Under the pieces are notes generated by a model that did no database searches, was not told the origin of the DNA, and saw only the letters and a program-made list of their open reading frames with translations. This document shows, piece by piece, positions 1 through 12,737 of a stretch of 64,000 nucleotides of DNA (the stretch's first letter is position 1; every line of letters starts with the position of its first letter). The stretch comes from Octopus sinensis (Eukaryota): positions 72,416,001 through 72,480,000 of the forward strand of contig NC_043008.1 in the NCBI RefSeq assembly GCF_006345805.1. The letters run 5' to 3'. Made by a program: the position numbers and the translations under genes.

Positions 1-249
1 CAATGTTACCTATTCTACACATTCAAACTTCACTTAGACTTTTTTCCAACATCACCTGCAATGTTTCATACATACATACAATCCTCAGCAATAAATCTTA
101 TGCCTGTCCATACCAACACCATTCACAACAAGCTTATAAGTGAATGACTTCACATAAGCATAACTCACATCTCTAAAATTACAACACACTCTTCAAATTC
201 ACATTAGAACAGTTTCACCTCAAATGAATATGAACACAACATTGTCCAG

Positions 250-479
250 TATTCTGTTGTGTCTGGGGAGAGTCATTTTCTCTTTGTGCCTTATTTCTTA
301 TTTTTATTTTCCTAAAATTTTCATTGGTGTCTTGCAACCTTTTCAATATTGAAAAGGCTGCAAGATGCAACGTAAATTTCAGGAAAATAAAAATAAGAAA
401 TAAGTGGAAATTTCACCAGTGAGTGTGCTACATTATAAGGCACAAAAAGAAAATGACTCTCCCCAGACGCAACAGAATA
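250..479. mobile_element. Loop-less palindromic fold-back (MITE-like) element
   Basis: Palindrome centred at 347/348 (CCTTTTCAAT|ATTGAAAAGG). Arms pair out to 250-294 versus 435-479, with about 35 extra nt in the right arm. A 12-bp direct repeat ATTGTCCAGTAT lies at 241-252 and 537-548. Confidence 0.7.
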
Positions 480-654
480 TGTTTCAACACACGAACTCAT
501 ATAAAGAATCTTGCAAACCAAATCCAAAAACAAAATATTGTCCAGTATGTACAGGCATTTAGAAATTCACATGAGAGTGCAAACCCTAGTCTTGCTTATG
601 CAGATGGATGCTGACAGCTCCATAAAGAAGTGCTGTTCACTCAAAAGGGATGGC

Positions 655-1085
655 ACTCATGGAAGAGGGGGACTGAGGAAGACATAGGATGATATACTGA
701 ACGACAACCTCAGATTGCTGAGCCTTTTGGATGAGATAACAAAGGACTAAGATACTTGATGCCTTTCTTTACTCAAGAGGATCCATCCTCCACAGCAGAA
801 TTGCTAATGCTATATCTTTGGTGAAGGGGATTGGTTTGCAAGGGTCTTGTGCTGGTGCCATGTAAAAAGCACTCATGCTGGTGCTACATAAAAGCACTTC
901 TGCCAGTGCCACATTAAAAGCACCCAGCATATACTATAAAGTGATTATTGTGAGGAAGTGCATGGAACCTTTGAAACCAAGGCAAATGAGACTGGAACAT
1001 GGTGCAGCTCTACAGCTTGCCAGCTCTACTCAAACCATCCAATCCAAGCCAGCTGTCAAAATGGATGTTAAAGGACGATGATTAT
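655..1085 (+). mobile_element. RTE-type LINE 3' end remnant
   Basis: GGAAGAGGGGGACTGAGGAAGACATAGG resembles the GRPRKTW-coding end at 63370-63400. It is followed by TGTAAAAAGCAC tandem units and the ATGGATGTTAAAGGACGATGAT tail shared with the other copies. Confidence 0.6.
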
Positions 1086-1172
1086 GTACATGCATGTACA
1101 TATATGTGTATGTATGTGTGTGTGAGTGTGTGTGTGTGTGTGTACAGACACATTGATATATTGGCATATATA

Positions 1173-2429
1173 CAGGGGTTGGACAAAATAATGGGAACAC
1201 CTCAGAATTTCAAGCAAATATATATCTATATGTAATAAGACTGCCTTTGGCAATAATTACAGTTTGAATTCTATGAGGTATGGACTCATACAAAGTTTGA
1301 ATTGTTTCCAAAGGAATTTTTGTCCATTCTTCAGCTAAAACAGTCTCCAGTTCTTGTAGTGATGATGGTAGAGGATATCAACACCTTACTTGTTTTCCTA
1401 AAATACACCATATATGCTCAATAATTTTGAGACCTAGGGATAGGTGGCCAGATAAGTTGTTAAACTTCACTAGAATGTTTCTCGTGCCATTCAGCAACAA
1501 CTTTAGTTGTGTGAATTGGTGCATTATCATCCTGAAAGATTGCGTTTCCCTCTGTAACCATAGGATAAATTTGATCAGATAGGATGCTTAAATAGACTTG
1601 ACTATTAATTCTGCCATGAAGGGAGACCATTGGGCCAGCAGATTTCCAAGATCCCCCACCCAGATCATTACAGATCCTCCTCCATGTTTAACATTGGAAG
1701 AAGGCAGTCTGAGTCAAATGATTCTTTTGTCTCTCTCTACACATATATGCGGCTGGTGGTCAGAAATAAGGTAAAGGATGACTTGTCCAAGAAAATGACA
1801 TTCTTCTACTGCACTAGGGACCAATTCTGTAGGCTTTTACTCCACTCTAAACGCTTTGCAGCATTTGTTTTTGAAAGTAGTGGTTTTCTGATTGCAGACC
1901 TCCCATGAAATCCAGCTTTGTGCAGCTCCCGGTAAACAGTTTTTGTGGAAACCGGGTTCTCAAGGTGGTCATTAAGCTCTGCAGTAATTTTGGGAGCTGT
2001 ACTTTTGTAATCCTTTGTAACAATTCGCGTAAGAGTCAAACAGCCTCTATCTAAAAGGCTTGGTTTTCTTCCAGAGTTTGGTTTCGACAAGGAGATTTTT
2101 CCCTCTTCTTCAAAGGCTGTCATTCCTTTTGAAACAGTGCTTCTTGATACATCAAACATCTCGGTTGTTTTCATTATGCTAGCACCTGCCATACGAGCAC
2201 CAACAATTTGACCTCTTTGAAAGTCTAATAGATCTGTCATTTTAATGAATTTTAATTACCCTTTTCTAATGATATCTGAAAAGAAACAGCAATTTTCACA
2301 AAGCATTAAGCAACACTAATAATAAATAAAAAAAAACATAAAAATAAACAAGCTTTTGAGGGTTTTATAGATATTTCAAAATTATGATGCTATGATGCTA
2401 GCTGTTTCCATTATTCTGTCTAACCCCTG
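1173..2429 (-). mobile_element. Full-length Tc1-family DNA transposon (decayed)
   Basis: 27-bp TIRs CAGGGGTTGGACAAAATAATGGGAACA (1173) and the reverse complement at 2403-2429 with 3 mismatches. TA dinucleotides flank both ends. The internal transposase is on the minus strand. Confidence 0.93.
1230..2240 (-). pseudogene. Tc1 transposase, disrupted
   Basis: ORF 1806-2240 (MTDLLDFQRGQIVGARMAGAS...RKPLLSKTNAAKRLEWSK) is the paired-HTH N-terminus. A stop follows, then decayed DDE-region sequence including a WPP motif near 1440. Confidence 0.88.
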
Positions 2430-2619
2430 TATATATGTACACACACACACACACACACACAAATGTTTATTTATATAATTGCAAATATAGTATCAGCTGG
2501 TAAAAATTTGCAGCTGGCATGGTACTACTCAACCCAGCAGCAGATGAGCTCCAGCTTGCACTGGGGTAGGTTTGCCACTGAGTGCTGCTCATCAGGAATG
2601 AAAATCAGTGCTGCAAAGA

Positions 2620-3060
2620 CTTGAGGCATTCATCTTCTCAATGAAGCCTTGTCTGGATTCCCACTGAAGCAAGTGGAGAAGTTCAAGTATCTCAGGGTAA
2701 TTTTCACAACTGATGAAAGGCAGGAGGCTGGATTATGTATGGGGATTCAGAAGCTGATGCAGTAATGTGCCAGATTCAACATTTGGTCATCAGACGATAG
2801 ATAGGTGTAAAAGCTAAACTTGCCCTCTTCAACTTGGTGTTCATGCTCATATCTATTTATGGTCATGAACCTTAAGTAATGACTGATAGTATACAATCAT
2901 GAACACAAGCGACCAAGATGGTATTCTTCTGAAGAGTATTTGGAGCTATGTTACTTGATACAGTGCATAGCTCAGAGATCAGTGGTGTGCACCAGGTAGA
3001 GCCACTATAACTCTGAATTGAGAGATCATGGCTCCAATACTATACACATGTGGTAATAAG
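2620..3060 (+). mobile_element. RTE-clade (Expander/Rex3-like) LINE RT fragment
   Basis: Translates to FKYLRVIFTTDERQE and KAKLALFNLVFMLISIYGHEP*VMT, matching the RTE post-RT motifs FKYLG and KAKLSIY...TYGHE.WVMT. Many stops. Confidence 0.7.
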
Positions 3061-3860
3061 AATTGCTGAACAGGTTTTACAGGTAGATGCACTTAAATCA
3101 CTTTTTCTACTGACAGAAGTACTCTAGTAACTGATACTCCGACTGCACCTCGACCACAATACCCCTGACAGTAAGAGGCAAGAAGCAGGTACTCACACTG
3201 CACTTTAAATGCAACATCACTGACAGTTGCAGATTTGGTTGAAAGCCACAACTTTTCCTGTCCACTGTATTATTGATTTGACATTCAGGTGAACCCCTTC
3301 CATCACTTCGGATGCTGCTTGCTCACATTAACTTTATCAGTCATCCCTTTCAGGGTACATCACACAATGTCCCACAGAAAATATATCCATTAATTTTATT
3401 AAATTAATTCATTTCTTCCTTTATCAAAGATTTAAACATAATATGCAACATTAAAATTTGTAAATATTATTTAACAATTGGCAAAAAAAAAAAGGAGGAT
3501 TGTTGGACTGGTTTCACAGGCAAAAACAACCAGCAGGAGACCCAAGGTCAGATTGCAAGAAGATGGCTGGATAACATCCATGAGCTTCGTTGAGGTCAAT
3601 TATGGATCAAACCACATCAATTGGAGGTGGTTGTTTCTGTCAGAATCTGATGGAAGGTGTATTTAAGGACTCTGCCTCCACAACCCTCCCAAGATTAAGT
3701 GGGCAAAGAAGATGAGATGAGATAAGAAAATGAGTCAACTCAATATATTTGAGAAGTAACAATTCTGCTGTGTATATTGAAAAGTTCAAAGCCATACAAC
3801 AATTGATAGTTTCACTCCTGGTAGGGATCTTCAGATGGAGAGATTTTAAAAATCAAACCT

Positions 3861-4019
3861 GCAGGAGTGGCTGTGTGGTAAGTAGCTTGCTTACCAACCA
3901 CATGGTTCCAGGTTCATTCCCACTGCATGGCACCTTGTGCAAGTGTCTCCTACTATAGCCTCGAGCCGACCAAAGCCTTGTGAGTGGATTTGGTAGACGG
4001 AAACTGAAAGAAGCCCGCT
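3861..4019 (+). mobile_element. tRNA-derived SINE, 5' half (split by PLE insertion; resumes about 6366-6495)
   Basis: Matches the head of the intact copies at 7825-8215 (-) and 20635-21040 (+). It breaks at GAAAGAAGCCCG, just before the internal (TA)n. The 3' half (TTTGTCCCCCCAACATCGCTTGACAACC) resumes after 6420. Confidence 0.85.
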
Positions 4020-5370
4020 CCTCCAAAATCCTTTTTACTATGGACATCCAAAGCCTCTATACTGTTATCCCTCACCACGAAGGACTGCAGGCCCTTCGAC
4101 ACTTTCTTGACCTCCGCTCTAACCCTGTACCTGACACCTCCACACTCATTCGTCTGGCCGAACTTGTCCTTACTCTGAACTGCTTCTCGTTCGCGGGCGA
4201 GTTCTACCATCAGGTCTCGGGAGTGGCCATGGGAACGCGAATGGGCCCCAACTATGTGAACCTGTTCGTTGGCTATGTTGAGGCCCAAATATTCTCTAAT
4301 TTCACTGGTCCCACTCCTGAACTATATGGTCGTTATATTGACGACATTATCGGTGCCACCTCACTCTCCCGCGAACATCTAGATTCCTTCCTCTCTTTCG
4401 TCCAATCTTTCCATCCAGCCCTCCACTTCACTTCCACTATCTCCAACACCTCTGTCTCCTTCCTCGACATTTCGGTTAGCATTCTTCACTCCACTCTTAC
4501 CACCTCCATTCACTACAAACACACAGACTCACACTCATACCTCAACTTCTCTTCCTCCCACCCAGAACACACCAAGCTTTCCATCCCCTATTCCCAATCC
4601 TCCGTCTACGTAGGCTCTGTAGTGACGACCATGACTTTGAGACTCAGTCTCAACGTATGGCTCACCACTTCACCCTACGTGGATACCCCCTCACCACTAT
4701 CCACACCGCCCTTGCCAGAGCACGGTCCGTGGACCGTGTATCTGCTCTCTCTCCCCGAACCCGCCCTGTAGTCTCCCGCCTCCCTTTTCCCCTCACTTAC
4801 CACCCCACGACCCTACGTCTCCAACGCACCATTCTTCGAGCTTTCCGTCATCTCCAGTCCGACCCGTCCACTTCACACCTCTTCCCTAACCGACCCCTCC
4901 CCTCTTTCAAACGAGCCCACAACCTTCGAGACCTTTTGGTCCATAGCTCCTTCCCTGACCCTACCTCCCAACCCGGCTCGTTCCCCTGCTCCCGCCCACG
5001 TTGCCGCACTTGCCCTTACCTCTCCAACACCACCCGCCTCACTAGCACCCACCATCGACCCTATCCCATCATCCACTCCTTCACCTGCACCTCCAGCAAT
5101 ATTATCTATTGCATCTCTTGCTCTCTCTGCAATTCCTTGTACATCGGACAAACGGGACGCCGCTTGGCTGACCGGTTCGCGGAACACCTTCGTGACATCC
5201 ACCTTGCGAACGACACACCGGTCTCACGCCATTTCCGCTCCACCGGTCACTCTTGCAACACCTATCTGTGTTCGGTTTGTCCTTACACAGAGGCCATCCG
5301 GATTCCCGTTTGCGCCGTGAACAGGAATTAATCTTCTCTCTTCGCTCTTATACGCCATTTGGTCTCAACT
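4020..5370 (+). pseudogene. PLE reverse transcriptase-GIY-YIG endonuclease (two frameshifts)
   Basis: RT motifs FTMDIQSLYTVIP, GVAMGTRMGP and RYIDD. Zn-finger CSRPRCRTC. GIY-YIG motifs NIIYCISC...YIGQTGRRLADRFAEH. C-terminal EQELIFSLRSYTPFGLN. Frame changes near 4595 and 5250. Confidence 0.92.
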
Positions 5371-5961
5371 CTCCCCCCTCCTCATCTAACCCCCCTCTCC
5401 CCCCTCCTCACCTATCCTTTCTCCCCCGACCCCTACTTCTTCAGTCCTTCATCCTTTGACCCCTACTCCCCTTCCCTTCTTCCCTCTTTCTCCCTCCCTC
5501 TGCTCCCTCACTCCCTCTCTCCCCTTCTCTCTCCCCCTCTCCCTCTTTCCTCCTTCATCCCCCTCATCCCTTCCTTCTCCCCCATCCTCTCCTCTCCCCC
5601 TTCTCCTCCCCCTCTTCTTCCCCTCCCTTCTCTCCCCCCTCTTCTCCCCCTCCCCCTCTTCTCCTCACTACACCACATGACTTTACACATCACATCACAT
5701 ATGATGTGCCATACTAATACACACACCAACTAATACATACTAATACGTACTAATACATACTAGTACATACTAATATACACCAACCCTATACATACACACG
5801 TCCAGACCCCGCATACGCACTTATACTCTCTCACACACACACACACATACCTATACATACCAATACGTACTAATACATACTAATACATACTAATACATAC
5901 ACCAACCCCATACATACGCACGTCCAGACCAATCTTACGCACTAATACTCTCTCATACACA

Positions 5962-5999
<38 letters not shown>

Positions 6000-6235
6000 T
6001 ATACATACTAATACATACACCAACCCTATACATACACACATCCAGACCCCTCCCACGCACTTTTAGCTGGTCCCTCAACCCTTTTATCAACCCTGTTATC
6101 TCCCCTTATTTCGCTCTCGCGTCTCATGTTTGATCTTTGACCTCTGGCCGAAATCAGATCGCCATGTTGATTCGTTAGCTACTGCACGCTTTTTTTTTTT
6201 CTCTCCTTCTTTCTGTGTTTTTCTCTCTCTGTGTA

Positions 6236-6273
6236 TCTTTCTGTTGAAGAGCGTAGGCTCGAAACGTTAAAGA
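6236..6273 (+). ncRNA. Minimal type I hammerhead ribozyme motif (core variant CUGUUGA)
   Basis: TCTTT CTGTTGA A GAGC GTAG GCTC GAAA CGTT AAAGA. Stem I TCTTT/AAAGA, stem II GAGC/GCTC, palindromic ACGT stem III, GUU triplet. Position A6 is U. Confidence 0.75.
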
Positions 6274-6370
6274 CTTGTTTTATTTATATTTCCTGAGCGC
6301 CATACTAATACAATTGTTCGTTTGTTTTCCACCTGCCTTCGTCTTTTGTTTATTTTCATAAAGCTTCCCG

Positions 6371-6424
<54 letters not shown>

Positions 6425-6574
6425 GTGTGTGTATATGTTTGTGTGTCTGTGTTTGTCCCCCCAACATCGCTTGACAACCGATGGTGGTGTGTTATTAGGG
6501 ACCTTGTTCTTTTTTGCATTTGTTTTTGTTATTTTTATTTCAATGCAATTATCTTGTGTGAATTACTTTATGGA

Positions 6575-6860
6575 TGTGTGACCAAAACCTTGTGAGTGGA
6601 TTTGGTAGGAGCCTGTTGAATATATATATATATTTGTGTGTTTGTGTCTGTATTTGTCCCCCCACCATCGCTTGACAACTAATGTTGGTGTGTTTATGTC
6701 CCCATAACTTAGCAGTTCAGCAAAAGAGACTGATACAAAAGTACCAGGCTTACAAAGAATAAGTCCAGGCATCGATTTCTTCAACTAAGATGTGGTGCTC
6801 CAGCATGGCAACAGACAAAATGATTGAAACAAGTAAGAGAATGAAACAATAAAAGAATCT
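6575..6860 (+). mobile_element. SINE, 5'-truncated copy
   Basis: Same family as 3861 (CCTTGTGAGTGGATTTGGTAG...CTCCAGCATGG...GAAACAAGTAA). Confidence 0.8.
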
Positions 6861-7316
6861 GTTCTTCGGATTAGTAAAAAGTAAATAAAAGTAGATCAAT
6901 TTGTCAATCATTGAGTGGATGGGCACAGTTGTATGTCAATAGAACAAGCGTGGGTAGTCATTTGTGGAAGTGAGATTCACTGGTGCATAAGGATTCTCGC
7001 TTTGTTTTGTTTTGTTTTTTCCTTTATAGAAATCAGATTAAGGGTCAAGTAACTAAAGAATATTTTTAGAGACAATCACAAAGTCCAGCAGCAAGAGTTG
7101 ATGTTTTTTAAAACAAATTAATTACATTATAGATGGACAGAACGGACAATGGCGGGTGTGGTGTAGGGCTGTGGGAATGACAAGAACCATGTGCATTTTT
7201 AGCATATATCTGCCTAGTCATCTGTATCGAATTGGTAATTCAGTTTGGTAGAACAAAGATAATGAGGAAGAAAACATATAGCGACTAAGAGATGCATACA
7301 TACACACACTTACACG

Positions 7317-7365
<49 letters not shown>

Positions 7366-7824
7366 TATACATATATAGATATAGACATACATACATATAT
7401 ATATACATACACAGATATATATGTATATATAAATTATATATATATACATATATATATACATACATAAATATATATACACACATATATATATATGTATACA
7501 GACACACACAGATATAAACTATATGCAAATATATTTTTATATATAAAATATGTATGTAAGTGTGTATATGCACACACATATACGATATAAATAGATAAAT
7601 GCATGCATATGGAGTTACACAGATTGAAAGATATAAATGCAGACACACATATTGAGGTATTCTAATATATGGAAAACATAGACACAAATACAAATAAGCA
7701 TGCACATCCAGGCTGCTGGACATATATAACTATACATATATGCACATGCACACACACACACACACACACAAACACACAAAGGACACATGCATGCACGCAC
7801 GCAGACACGCAGACACACACATCT

Positions 7825-8215
7825 TTTCTTTTACTTTTCTTTTATTTGTTTCAGTCATTTGACTGTGGCCATGCTGGAGCACCACCTTTAGTCGAGCAAA
7901 TCGACCCCAGGACTTATTCTTTGTAAGCCTAGTACTTATTCTATCAGTCTCCCTTGCCGAACCACTAAGTGACAGGGACGTAAACATACCAGCATCAGCT
8001 TTCAAGCGATGTTGTGGGGGACAAACACAGACACAAGCATATACATATATATATATATATATATGACGGGCTTCTTTCAATTTCCGTCTACCAAATCCAC
8101 TCACAAGTCTTTGGTTGGCTTGAGGCTATAGTAGAAGACACTTGCCCAAGGTGTCATGCAGTGGGACTGAACCTGGAACCATGTGGTTGGCAAGCTACTT
8201 ACCACACAGCCACTC
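7825..8215 (-). mobile_element. tRNA-derived SINE, near full length
   Basis: Reverse complement of the 3861/6420 family with an internal (TA)n. Confidence 0.85.
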
Positions 8216-8491
8216 CTGTTAATATGTCTGTTAATATATGAAGACATACATCCATAAATAAACATGCAAGTGCACATATGTATCTATACTTGTCACCATC
8301 ATCATCATCATTTAATGTCCATTTTCCATGCTGACATGGGTTGAACAGTTTGACAGGAGCTGACCAGGTTTCAATTGTCTATTTTGACATGGTTTCTATG
8401 GCGGGGTACCCTTCCTAGCACCAAGCACTTTGCAGAGTGTGCTGGGTGGTTTTTACATGCTACTGGCATATAATTGATAACAAAGAGAAGG

Positions 8492-8987
8492 GTGGAGATT
8501 TATTCACATCCAAAACTTTTTTTATTAAAACATTTTCTACAGCATATGTAACTCTGACCTACATATGTTTCAACTGCAGTGACTGCACATTGCTGTGTAT
8601 GCAATTATGCATTCTAGTTGCTGCAATTTCATCGAGGGTCTATCACTCACAGCATTTTCAAAATGACCCGATTAAAACAAGCACCCTGCGTTGATATTCA
8701 GTTGAAGGTGATAGTGTTACTTTTTAAATCCAATGGAATTCTGGTTTTATAATCACCTCTATTGATATTATAGTTGAAGCATGGTTTTAAAATGCTTATT
8801 TAGATTTCAATTAAATGTAGCAATTTTGTTTACATGTTGCTGTATGGATTACATTATTTATTCAAAGGTATTTTATTTATTTTGCGTTTATACTTTTAAT
8901 TAATATTATTAATATTATAATACCCTTAATTAATATTGTTATCATTTCATTAGTATTATTATTATTATTAGTATTAGTAGTAGTAGT

Positions 8988-9025
<38 letters not shown>

Positions 9026-9361
9026 TAGTAGTAGAATTTGTATTAATATCATTAATTTTATAACCATTACTGTAACTAGCACAACTATTATAGATTGCAA
9101 GTTGTGTTCATATTATGAACAACTGTTTAAATGTATATTTTCTCAAGTGTGGACATCTTAGAGTCTGCTCCTGACTTGTGTTTATGAGAGTAAATTTGAA
9201 TCAGTTAACTGAATGATGGACCCTTAATGAAATTGCAGCTATTAGATGCATAAATACATACAACAAAGCATTGTGCAGTTGCTGCAGTTGAAACATCAGT
9301 GATATATATGCAGTAGAAAAATTTTAAATAAGAAGTTTTGGATGTGAATATATCTCCACTC
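8492..9361. mobile_element. Old MITE-like element with about 120-bp diverged inverted arms
   Basis: GGAGATTTATTCACATCCAAAACTT (8493) pairs with AAGTTTTGGATGTGAATATATCTCC (about 9333-9357). Similarity continues through the GCAGTT/GAAACAT blocks. Confidence 0.6.
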
Positions 9362-9394
9362 TCGTCTTCATTATCAATTATATATATAAATCTC

Positions 9395-9436
<42 letters not shown>

Positions 9437-9454
9437 TATATATATATATATTAT

Positions 9455-9509
<55 letters not shown>

Positions 9510-9544
9510 TACATATGTATGTATGTACACGCATACATGATGGT

Positions 9545-10610
9545 CATCTACTCGTGACCAAGGAAGACCATTGCTGACTTTTAGGAACATTGTGTGCTCT
9601 TAGACTAACTTATATTTTGCATTTGCGGCTCCATTGGTGACTATAGAGCCCTTCTCTTGAAAAGTATGCACGATTGTAGATATTGCAAACCAAGCGTTAC
9701 CCATTCACTATGCTAGCAGTGTGCTTCTGAGCAGCACACTTATATTCTTCATGAAGAATACGTGCTTTTCCAAAGGTGTCAACCCACTCCTTAACCTGCT
9801 TCCTCCATCTGTGGTGATGACTGGTATTGCTCTCTCACTCTGTCTCCTGCATATCACAGGCCTCTCATGAGAACTTGACACAGTCCTTAAATCACAGCCT
9901 TGGTTTCTGCTGGGTCACTTTCCACTAACAAGTTTCCCATATAGCATCTGTTTAGGGATTCTGCTAACCTTCATTCTAATAGTGTCCAGTCCAATGTAAC
10001 TAGTGCTTGTGCATCATCGCCTCAATATGCCAGATATCAGCTTTCTTCAAGACATGTGTGTCAGGATTTTTAAAGTCCAGCTGACATTCAGAATGCACCT
10101 CAGACATCTTTGATGGAAGTGTTCAAGGACCATCACATAACGCTTGTAAATGGTCCATGTCTCATATGAGTAAGGGAGCAATGTCAGTACACATGCATGG
10201 TACACAGCAATTTTTGTTTGCCTTGTGACGCCATGCTGGGACCAGGCATGAGACTCAAGAGACTGGTAGGAATCAGTTACTTTCTACAGCCTGAAAGATA
10301 TTTCATCATCCAAGGAGCAAGAACAGCTGATGTAGCCCAGGTAGACAAACTTGTCTACCACTTTCAGCATTGTTCCTTCAACCAAGATATCTGTTTCCAT
10401 GCGTGGATTTCCTGGTGCAGGCTGGAACAACACAACAGTCTTGTCCAGGCTAATGCTGAGTCCAAATGCTTTGCAAGAAGCAGAAATATGATTCATAAGT
10501 ATCTGCATATCATCCATTCTATGAGTGACTAAGTCACAGTCATCTGCATAAAGGAGGTCACAAATAAGAGACTGGAAAACTTTTAAATTGGTAGAAAATT
10601 GGTGAAGATT
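9545..10610 (-). mobile_element. RTE (BovB-like) LINE 3' fragment
   Basis: Translates to LLYADDCDL...AFGLSISLDKTVVLFQPAPG...KFVYLG...TKIAVYHACVLTLLPYSYETWTIY...HQRCLRCIL. Decayed. Confidence 0.85.
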
Positions 10611-11876
10611 AAAGAGGTCGCCAGAATATCAATACTTACAAGTTTGCTAAGTATTTTCCATAGCAAGACCCTATTACATGCATACATACATTACATGCAA
10701 AAATGGGAGCAAGAGCAATAATATTCTTAAGATTATAAACCTGGAAAAGTACAGTACAAGTTATTACACTTGGGAAAGTTCAGGGCAAATTATTACATCT
10801 GGTAAAGTACAGAACAAGAAGATTTTTACTTAAAATATTGTAGCTAAGGAAAAAATTTCTAATAAAATATTTAGATATATTCCCCACCCACCGTGAATTG
10901 TGTTGACAAAGGAAGCAAGCTTATTTTTTGCTTTAATCCAGAAACAGGACCAATTCACAAGTAATGTGCGGCCTTTTTAATTTTCTTTCTCTAGCATGTT
11001 TTCAGCCATGTGTATTTTTAGCTGGAGATTTTGGTAGTTTTTTCAAGCATGTTGGAGACAGATCATTTTCACCCTAGTTCCCTTGATATAATTAAATATA
11101 TATATATTGACATATCTATTATATACATATATGTGTGCATATCAAACTATTAATCACTCATCTATTTGTTCTTTTCCGACTCTTTTCCTATCTCTTTTTC
11201 TTCCTTCTTTCTCTTCTCTAGAAATTTTCTGTATATCCAGTGAAGGATTATGCCTGAAACATCATACCTTTGCACATAACTTTTACTTCATTGCTTTTTT
11301 TCTTTAACTGTCAAAGTAATATTGTGAATGTCCCTTGGACTTTTGTTATTTCTGTTGTTGAACTCTTCTTTTGTTATTGATTTGCTTAAATATAACGTAT
11401 ATATGAATATATACATAATATTTAGATATAGATATACATATGTGCATGCAAACCTATATACAACAAGAAGGGCCAAAAGTTACAGACCTTGGCATTTACA
11501 GAACGTTTGGCATCTTATTTATGTTAGTTATTGCTGTTATTATTAATTTTGTTCATCATATACAAGTATGTGTGCATTCATCATTTTATTTATTTTATTC
11601 AATTTTAGAAAAATTTAATCATGTCTTTGATAATTTCAACATGTATTGAAATTTTTTTGTCGCATGACCTTTTGCCCACTCTGTATATATACATATGAAA
11701 TATCTATCTATCTATCTATCTATCTATCGATCGATCGATCGATCGATCTATCTATCTATTTATCTTTCCATACATATATATATTATACATATATTATACA
11801 TACATACATACATACATACATACATACATACATACATACATACATACATACATACATACATGCACACATTCATATA

Positions 11877-12737
11877 CAGGGTGCAGTGAATAAAGTGTCG
11901 TCTAAAGTACACAAAAATGAAAATATCACTGATATCTCATTTTAACGGACATATTTACCAAAATTACATAAAATTATCTCCAAATACTAGAGCAAATTTA
12001 TTCAATAAAATCACCATTGGCTTCAACCAGATGACTTTGGAAACTCCTGCAACTTTTCTGGACTGTCTCGTTGCTTAAGTGGGTGAATGCTGCCATAATC
12101 CTTGCCTTCAGTTCATCTTTGGTGTTACAAGAAGTTTTGTTGGCCTCTTGCTCAACTGTGACCCACATATAATAATCAAGGGTGTTGCAGTTTGGAGAGT
12201 TAGGTGGCCAGATATTAGGGGTGATGTGGTCGCAGAAATTGTCTGAAAACCACGACTGGGTTCTCCTGCCTGTTTGGTATGGTGCAGAGTCATGTTGCCA
12301 GACATAGGGACTTCCAGCAGTCACCTTCTTCACACAGAGTAGCACTACTTCCTCCAGGCACTTGTTGTAGGCCTTCATGTTGAGTCTGAGGCTGCATGGG
12401 AAGATGAAGGGAGGCATAACGTCGCCATCACTAGTAATCACTCCAAACACCATCATGTTGACTGGATGGTTGATTTTTATCACTCTCAGTACATGTCTTC
12501 AGATTGCACTGTCCTCAGATTGACACCCAACCACTCTGACATTTTGGTACTGGAGCTTCTAGCAGTACAACATGTCATTTCCAAATTTCTGGGAGAGGGA
12601 ATTGAGTTATGGTGCTGTTTTTCTCACAGACAATGCCCAACTGACCCTACTATACTGTGTAGTTGACAAAATCAAAAACAAACAATACACATGCATAAAA
12701 TTATAAAATGGTGACAATTTACCCATCACACCTTTTA
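11877..12737 (-). mobile_element. Internally deleted maT/DD37D (Tc1/mariner superfamily) element
   Basis: ORF 11998-12483 has MMVFGVITSDG, YVWQHDSAP and WPPNSPNCNTLDYY. Degenerate TIRs are TACAGGGTGCAGTGAATAAAGTGTC and GACAATTTACCCATCACACCTTTTA. Confidence 0.8.

Larger units (their letters stand above)
4020..6370 (+). mobile_element. Penelope-like retroelement (Neptune-type), 5'-truncated, with 3' pLTR
   Basis: RT plus GIY-YIG coding region, then a pyrimidine-rich 3' region, minisatellite repeats (5730-6060) and a pLTR-like end with a hammerhead motif that runs into (TA)n. Confidence 0.9.

Noticed and set aside
11228-11262. Possible hammerhead CCAGTGA AGG-ATTATG-CCT GAAACATC
   Set aside because: Three core mismatches. 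At best a very old relic.
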